A DNA stretch of 29,514 nucleotides from contig NW_021832923.1 of assembly GCF_006345805.1 (NCBI RefSeq), positions 1-29,514 of the forward strand, read 5' to 3'. Positions 22,545-29,514 of this stretch are shown here, piece after piece. The notes below the pieces were generated by a model, which had not been told where the DNA came from, made no database searches, and saw only the letters and a list, made by a program, of their open reading frames with translations. The position numbers were made by a program, and so were the translations under genes. How positions within the stretch are numbered: position 1 is the first letter of the stretch; every line of letters begins with the position of its first letter. Origin of the DNA: Octopus sinensis (lineage: Eukaryota).

Positions 22545-24415
22545 GTAATCCTGTATATGTTGGACTGAAAGCAGAGCTGAGGCGATTTTCTTCAAAGAAT
22601 TGAATCTTTCAGGCAACGTCTCCCAGCGATTGAAGATGGCAACTGACTTCTCTAAGCTGCTTCTTTCAAGAGATTTTTGTAATTTCATAAAATTTTTCCC
22701 CATAATTCTGAAGTGGTTAATTCAATCATTTCCACTTCAAAACTATCCTGTATATTTGTTTTTTAGCCAAAATGTGAGAGATTAAATGAGTTCGTTTTCA
22801 AATCCCTCAAAGTCGGGTTTGATGAGAAATGAAAATATAGGAACATCTGTTTCGAAATATTTATCTCACTTGGAAAATTCTTCTTTCAACGTTGCAATAT
22901 ATTTTTGAAGTTCGTTTTTATTAAATATTAAATTGATTTGAATAAGCTTTTACATTTGGAAAGTATTTTATGTATTGCTAAGTTTATCACGCAAAAAAAA
23001 TCTGATTTTAACAAAATCCTTTCCAGTATTCAAAAACATCAAGTACTGTTTGACCTCTCTCTTGTAAATGCAAATTTTAATCATTCAAGTGACTGTCAGT
23101 TAGAAGCATCAGTTTAAATAAACCGTCTTTGTTGCTCAATTCTGGCAACTGTTTCCTTTCAAGAAATATTCTTCTAAGCATGATACAAATCTGTTCAAAA
23201 CATTACCCCGACAAAGCCAACGGACTGTAAGGATCGTGCGATGCGAGTTGACAAGAATGGCTCTTTAGTACCACATCACACAGCCCTTACAATAAAGAGA
23301 AAATTGATAGTACCATCTATTTGTCAGATGGATAAAGGAGACAACCGCGTAGAATGATTAAAAGAAGATTTATTGATATGTTAACAGATTAAATTGCGCC
23401 AATACCAACTAATCAGAGTAGTGGACAGAACGGGATCCAAATAGCGGCAAAAGGCTAGCTGTTCCGTGCTACTCTCGAATGCACGTATATATAATAAATG
23501 GGAGAGAGAAATTTTAACCGAGTCTACGCTGCAGGACTTTACTGTGAAGTGGGAAGTCTGCATATTCGCTGTCCAGTTCTTGCAGAAGAGATTTAAATTG
23601 TCTGTGAGTCAGTGAAGAGCAAGAAACCATGAAGTTAACTATTTTAACAACAGTTTCCACGACAGAACTCAAGCTTTGTGACGAAAGTTTTGCAACTAAA
23701 TTTTCCTGATGTACAATGCAATTAAAACACATTACACTGCGTGAAATGTGATTTTCAAGACGCTTAATAAATCTTTTTTTCCTTTCCACCCACTGCACGT
23801 GCACCACCAGTAGTAATACAAAATATTTTATTTGTATTAATGGCTTGATTTTCGAAATAATTTAGAAATGCAGTCAGAATGTCCTGTCCTGTAGATGTAT
23901 TGGTAAGAGGAATAATCAAACAACATGATTCTTCGTAAATACGATCATTGTCCCAGCATCTTGCAACAATTGCTAGGTGCGCCATGTCATTCACTTGAGT
24001 ACTTTCATCGATAGGGGTCACTGAATGCAGCAGCTTTTTGTAATCTAACTGTGTTATAATTATGTTTTCAGCTATATCAGTTACACGTCTCTCAACTGAT
24101 CATGCAGAAGTTGGTATTTCTTGAATTCGAGACAGTATTTTTTCAGCGTTTGCTTAAACACTGAACAAAATTTTAGCAATTCTCAAAAAAGTTTTTTTGA
24201 TAAATTCTCCGGCTGTAAAAGGTTTACCTTTCTCAACTATACATTAAGCAATTGTCTAACTACATTATTTAGCTTCATTGTTGGTTCCAAGCATTTGAAC
24301 AAAACCAGAAGTGCTTTTTTTGTAACTAGAAATAGCCCTTTTTATGACTTGCCTTTTATCAACAAAATGTTTTCGAAGATCGCGCTTTGACAGTTCCATT
24401 TCAGATGATTGCAAC
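22545..24415 (-). pseudogene. Decayed hAT (SPIN/Buster/Charlie-like) transposase
   Basis: Minus-strand fragments in the expected order: GKPFTAGEFIKK, VERRVTDIAENI, DEST (23998-24009), TGQDI, TTGG (expected TTDG), CIVHQE (23703-23720), VKIVNF-THRQF-LLQELDSEY-D-PLH, W-TLP-LKKIASALLS. There are many stops and frameshifts, and no TIRs were recognised. Confidence 0.9.
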
Positions 24416-24449
24416 AACGGTGAAAAAATATCAATGTTAATTTATTGAT

Positions 24450-25330
24450 GCATTTGGGCAAGTCTATGTCTGTATTGTCTGTGTGTTTTGGGTTCTGTTT
24501 CTTTTTCTTTTGTGTGTTCAGGCGACTACTTGCCATTTTTGTCTTTCGTCGTCCCTATCCGCGCAAGGTATGTCTGAGTGCTCCGAACAGGGGAGGGGCA
24601 AATCTTGTAGAGATTTTTGGCGTTGTCCTATTCATAACGTTGTTGCTTTTTTGGTGGTGGGGACCGGGGTTGATGCTGTTGTTTTTGCTGATGCCCGTGC
24701 TGCTGCGATTAGTGTTGCTGCTACTGTTACTCTTGATTTTGTAGCCGCGATGGTCATCTGCCTCTGTTGGTGCTGTTGCTATTGTTGTTATTGTTGCTGT
24801 GGTGGTGGTGTTGATGATGTTGGCAAAATTGAGAGGCTCCTTTCTCTAATTTGTTGTGGGCAATAGAAGAATTTTAGATGATTTGTGTTCCCACACAGAT
24901 GATACCGAAACCATCAGCTTTCAAAGGCCACGTGGAGGTTGGTGCCAACGTGTGAATTTATGATATCTGAAATTGTGTCCAGACTTTGGCTGTCCATTTT
25001 CACCCACAATTTTAGGCCTTGACCCGAATAGTTTTGTTTGTAAAGTTTCTGCATCTGTAAGATGCTCGTTTTGCCCTATATGTCCAAGAGGACATCTACC
25101 ACCAAGAATCAACCGTCTATTTCTGGTGGTGTGTCTTCTTTTTTAGGGTCAAACTGGATTGATTCCTTGCCTCCTCTTCATTTTTCTGTTATGTTTTTGT
25201 TGGTGCTGATGGTTGTGATGCTGTTGTTGTTGCTGCTACTACTGCTGCTGCTGCTGTCTTTGCTATGTTTCTCAAAAATATTAACAAGCAGAGGTGACAA
25301 AACGTCAAAACGGATGATGTAAGAACCTTT
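24450..25330 (-). mobile_element. Possible decayed gag-like/ORF1 relic with zinc-knuckle remnants (L1/Tx1-like)
   Basis: The minus frame YHLCGNTNHLKFFYCPQ (24858-24905) resembles a CCHC knuckle with the first Cys read as TAT. GGRCPL-H-GQ-EHL lies upstream and a Q/T/A-rich low-complexity stretch downstream. Several stops; weak. Confidence 0.35.
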
Positions 25331-25580
25331 ATTGCCTCGATTTGGGAAGCCAGACTGAACTTTTTCTTTTTAAAATATAAATTTGTAGCTTTTAAAACTC
25401 AAACTTCACCTTTAAGGGGCGAATTCTGGCCACCGCAGCTAGCCCCGCTTACAGCGAGGTGGGTTCTGTCGTCAATAAAATTTTGAAAATAGACATTGGA
25501 AAAACAAATTCTAAAGAAAACTTAGAGCTCCGAACAACTAGTCTCCAAAACCGGACACAGATAAGAATAATAATAACAAT

Positions 25581-25910
25581 AAAGAAATGGAAAAACTTTC
25601 AAAATACAAAGACCTAGAAATAGAGGTAACCATAATGTGTAATCTAAAAACAGAAACAATTCCTATCATAGTAGGTGCATTAGGCATGATAAAAAAATAT
25701 TCAGACAAATACATAACAAAAACACCAGGACTTACAAACACATATAACATACAGAAAATTGCACTACTAGGCACTGCACACATCCTACGCAGAACACTTT
25801 CAATATAATAACCATCAGAGCATCACAACAAATCACAGCACATACCCAAGGCACACAGAGCTGCGCTCGGTAGTGAAGTAAAAGCACGCTATAAAAATAA
25901 AACTACTGAA
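25581..25910 (+). mobile_element. 5'-truncated RLE-type non-LTR retrotransposon, a second subfamily
   Basis: EMEKLSKYKDLEIEV-IPIIVGALG-GTAHILRRTLSI* (stop at 25808) plus a ~100 nt 3' UTR ending aaaactactg. Short AAT run on the left, long (AAT)n on the right. Confidence 0.88.
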
Positions 25911-25968
25911 TGATAATGATAATAATAATAATAATAATAACAACAACAATAATAATAATAATGGTAAC

Positions 25969-26020
<52 letters not shown>

Positions 26021-26023
<3 letters not shown>

Positions 26024-26578
26024 TGCCCTGATGCAGTACCAGGCAGTGGCTCTCATGGCTTCTGATCTTAACTGATTGGAAGTGTTATCATGTACATTGT
26101 TTTGTCTTGGTATAAAAGATGAGTTACAGCAAATATTCTGCTCAATACCACAGATTTGCTTGTCAGTTGTTTGACCTTAACCAGTTGAGCATGTCCCTTA
26201 GTGACTGACGATATGTGCATCTCTGATCACGAGCAGAAGTAGTAGGGGAGCATCATGGCCATGTGTTGAGAGGGATTCTTTGGGGTTTGAATAATTCACC
26301 TCTGGAAACAAGGGTGTTTTGTTCAACATCCTTAAACAACCCTTATTCAGGGACCTTTTGAGCGGGATGGGTTACTCGACCAGAAGAAAATTCTAACTGG
26401 GCCCCACCTGCAAGGTCATGTGCTTTTTTTCTTGATATGAAATCACCATGTTGCGCCCATATGGTTTTGATGCATGTGCCTTGTGTACCCTTATCAGACG
26501 GGTAGTCATGATGGGTATATTGGGTATCGTATATTTTACCCCAGTGTCACTTTGATGGCATGCACTGCTCTCTCACTC
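26021..26578 (+). mobile_element. ~560 bp non-coding interspersed element inside (AAT)n, longer copy
   Basis: Runs aaatgccctgatgcag...ctctctcactc|aataat and is nearly identical to 12254-12734 over the shared part. Confidence 0.85.
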
Positions 26579-26584
26579 AATAAT

Positions 26585-26692
26585 ATTAATGATGATGATG
26601 ATGATGATGATGGTGATGATGATATTAAAAATAATAATGATAATAATAATAATAAAATTAAAATAATTATAATGATGATAATAATAATAGTT

Positions 26693-26736
<44 letters not shown>

Positions 26737-26740
26737 TGAT
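26585..26740. repeat. Compound (GAT)n/(AAT)n/(TAG)n microsatellite
   Basis: Direct reading of the sequence. Confidence 0.95.
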
Positions 26741-26855
26741 ATGATGTGAGATGATGTTGTGACGGTGTTGATGGCAAGTTGGTCAGTTGTGTTAAGTTCT
26801 TGAATGTAAAGGAAGGCTATTTTAATGTTAAGCAAAAACAACAAAATTAGAAATA

Positions 26856-26938
<83 letters not shown>

Positions 26939-26939
26939 C

Positions 26940-27125
26940 ATACAGGGAGAATTCACAAAAAAAGAAACAAAAGACGAAGACAGGTGGTGTAGAAGGCAAC
27001 CTGATGTATTAGTATAACGCTCGGGAAGTGAAAAAGTTTTTAACGTTTCGAGCGTACGCTCTTCCACAGAAAGGAACACGGAAAGAAATAGGGAGAGAAT
27101 AAAAGAAAAAAAGTGGCTAGCGATC
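26940..27125 (-). mobile_element. Possible Penelope-like element terminal (pLTR) remnant
   Basis: The minus strand reads tgtggaagagcgtacgctcgaaacgtt: a perfect GAGCGTACGCTC palindrome followed by GAAACGTT, the layout of PLE termini. No coding remnant. Confidence 0.45.
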
Positions 27126-27129
27126 TATC

Positions 27130-27490
<361 letters not shown>

Positions 27491-27681
27491 AGGGGAGAGA
27501 GATGTATAAATTGTTAGATAAATAGATATTAGTGTATATGTAATTTTCTGAGCTTTTTAATTTGTTTTGCTGTCAATGTTTCTTTTGTTGTTGTTGTTTC
27601 CTTATCCACTTTCTTTATTTTCTTGTGTCTATTTGTGTCCCCAAAGAAATTTGCTTTGTTTGATGTAGGTCCATTTGTTCA

Positions 27682-28579
27682 CTAGCAGTATTGCCCGGCT
27701 CGTGCGCTCGTGCGTTCTATGCACGCGCGAATTAAGCTAAACTTGGTTTTAAAATCAAGCATTTAATGCCCTCTATTTTTGCACTTATGTGTTCCATTTC
27801 CTCAATAGGAAGTACGTATAAGTGTTTCATAAATTTTTGTTGATCAAATAATTGCATTGTTGAATTATTCTTTTAGATCAGTATTTCTCAACGGGGATTT
27901 CAGAGGAGAGTTTCAGGGAGTCGCTGGCGATATATTGTGATGATCAAAAATCCGGCCTGCTAAAATTTGGTTAGTGATTCAAACTGCAGACTCAACGCAA
28001 AATGGTCACATTTAATTCAAAGCGTTAAAAATGTTATGAAAACAATTGGCATGAGTTCACAAAGTCCAAACGATTAATACGAAAAAACCCTCCAGGCTAC
28101 ATCCCGAAAATTCCTTTCTTAGACGAATTTCTACAATGTATGTGTGTAAAAACACCAGGACTTACAAACACATATAACATACAGAAAAATGCACTACTAG
28201 GCACTGCACAAAGCCTACGCAGAACACTTTCAATACAGTAGCCATCGTTTTTATATCTTGATTATTTATTTTTCATGCAATTTACGCATGCTTGCATGCG
28301 GGGTAAACACAGTTCATGTCAAACAGCTGACTGAGTAAAGTTCACTATTCAATGCATGGGATAAGGCTTAAACAAACACATTATCGATTTTTGCACTTGC
28401 GAGATGAATTTCGGAACAGAAATAGCGCAGTTCAATTTTCATTCGCCTAAACTTTAAGTGACCCATTTTTGGTGGTTCTACGATTTGTTGGCTAGGAGGA
28501 GATTTGCCGGGAAGTTAAACACACAGGTACACACACAGATACACAGACAGACACACAAGTTGAGTTTTATATATATAGA
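27682..28579 (-). mobile_element. Non-autonomous Helitron-type element
   Basis: The minus strand starts A|TCTATATATATAAAACTC followed by a TGTC/TG repeat. It ends with a GC-rich subterminal sequence (stem cgtgc/gcacg at 27709-27725; gcccggc) and CTAG|T. These are Helitron 5'-TC and CTRR-3' termini in an AT target with no TSD. Confidence 0.72.
28148..28246 (+). mobile_element. Short internal fragment of the RLE subfamily seen at 25581-25910
   Basis: aaaacaccaggacttacaaacacatataacatacagaaaaatgcactactaggcactgcaca..cctacgcagaacactttcaatac is almost identical to ~25719-25815. Confidence 0.88.
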
Positions 28580-29109
28580 TTTACGTTCATGCTTTATTCT
28601 TGTTTTCAGTAAAAAAAAGATTAAGTAAAATGAAATCATGAAAGTGTATTTGAGGAAAAATTTGTATGAACGCTTCTAAAACTGGGGTAAGGAAAAATCC
28701 TTCGTTACAATACAGTTGCTTGTGGGGTCCCATCGGATTTAACGACCCAACCGGGTTTACAACCACTGCGTATTTAGGGTCCACGAAACTCATGGTTCGT
28801 TAGTTTTGTAAATATATTAGATCCCCCGAGTATGGTTACAGATGTGTGTAGGAGTGCGTTTGTGTGTGTGTATGTGTGTGTGTGTGTGTGTGAGTTTGGT
28901 GTTTTCTTTGATATTATTACGCGTTAAAAAAAAAAGCTATAATATTTTTATAAATTTCTTCACACTAATTTATCGAAATTTAATTTTTTAGCTTTAAATA
29001 TCCAATCATGAAAACAAAAATATATTTGTCATGTGGAACAGGGGTGAATTTTAGTTCCTTCAGAGAATCTGCAATGTGAAGTTAATAACATTGAAATCTC
29101 TGACATTTC

Positions 29110-29128
29110 CTATTTTCTTCTTTTACAG
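29110..29128 (+). other. 3' splice acceptor ahead of the LRR exon
   Basis: The polypyrimidine tract ctattttcttcttttacag ends at 29128, 20 nt before the ATG. Confidence 0.7.
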
Positions 29129-29148
29129 ATAAATCTACGCCTGGCAAT

Positions 29149-29339
29149 ATGTTTCACCACGTAGTATCATATAGACGGTCTCTTGTGTTGATACTGTGTA
29201 CGATATTGTTTTTGGAGACTCAAGCTGATTCAGATATATGCAACATATGTAATTGCAATTCACTTACAACGAGAATAAATTGTGGAGGTCGCAATTTACT
29301 ATCAATTCCACAACCAATTCCGACGAATGTTGAATATTT
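29149..29339 (+). CDS. First coding exon of a secreted or cell-surface leucine-rich-repeat protein (signal peptide + LRRNT cap); gene continues beyond the window
   Basis: MFHHVVSYRR-SLVLILCTILFL-ETQADS is signal-peptide-like. ICNICNC-x6-INCGGRNLLSIPQPIPTNVEYL matches the LRRNT pattern. The exon ends TT|gtaagt at 29339/29340, a phase-2 donor splitting the first LRR leucine, as is usual in LRR genes. Confidence 0.88.
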
Positions 29340-29514
29340 GTAAGTATTTGACACTTTCTACGTATTTTCCACATCCAATATTTTAAATTCTCATTGATTA
29401 TGTTCTCAGCTAATCGTTTATGCTGTTTATCTCACAGCTTTAAGCACAATCTTATGTTAGAGTAAAACAAATCGATATGTTACCTGCTGTGAAGTCAAAT
29501 AAACTGTTACTTAC

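Noticed and set aside
29400-29514. Candidate second LRR exon after AG sites at ~29409, ~29437 and ~29460
   Set aside because: In the required phase two acceptors hit stops within 10 codons and the third gives no LxxLxLxxN pattern; the next exon is probably outside the window.

Overview
AT-rich, microsatellite-dense animal genomic DNA, almost all repeat-derived. The SINE families and repeat landscape look like a coleoid cephalopod, probably Octopus; this is recognition from memory, not a database result. (1) Bases 1 to ~22.5 kb are a mosaic of direct-orientation local duplications: blocks of 0.2-0.6 kb re-used 3-7 times, with periods of ~3.2 kb and ~2.6 kb. (2) A 5'-truncated CR1/L2-group LINE lies on the minus strand at 16565-20090. 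Its ORF1 tail carries a CCCH zinc finger, and its APE-RT ORF2 has one frameshift and one stop. (3) Its 3' end resembles the 3' tail of the most common SINE here, including a stem-loop with compensatory changes. (4) RLE-type (R4/Dong/HERO-like) 3' fragments and a non-coding ~560 bp element all sit inside (AAT)n arrays in the same orientation. (5) Other elements: three tRNA-derived SINE families, a decayed hAT transposase, a Helitron-type non-autonomous element and a Penelope-like remnant. (6) The only convincing host coding sequence is a signal-peptide + LRRNT exon at 29149-29339 (+). Most entries in the ORF track are microsatellite or antisense artefacts.
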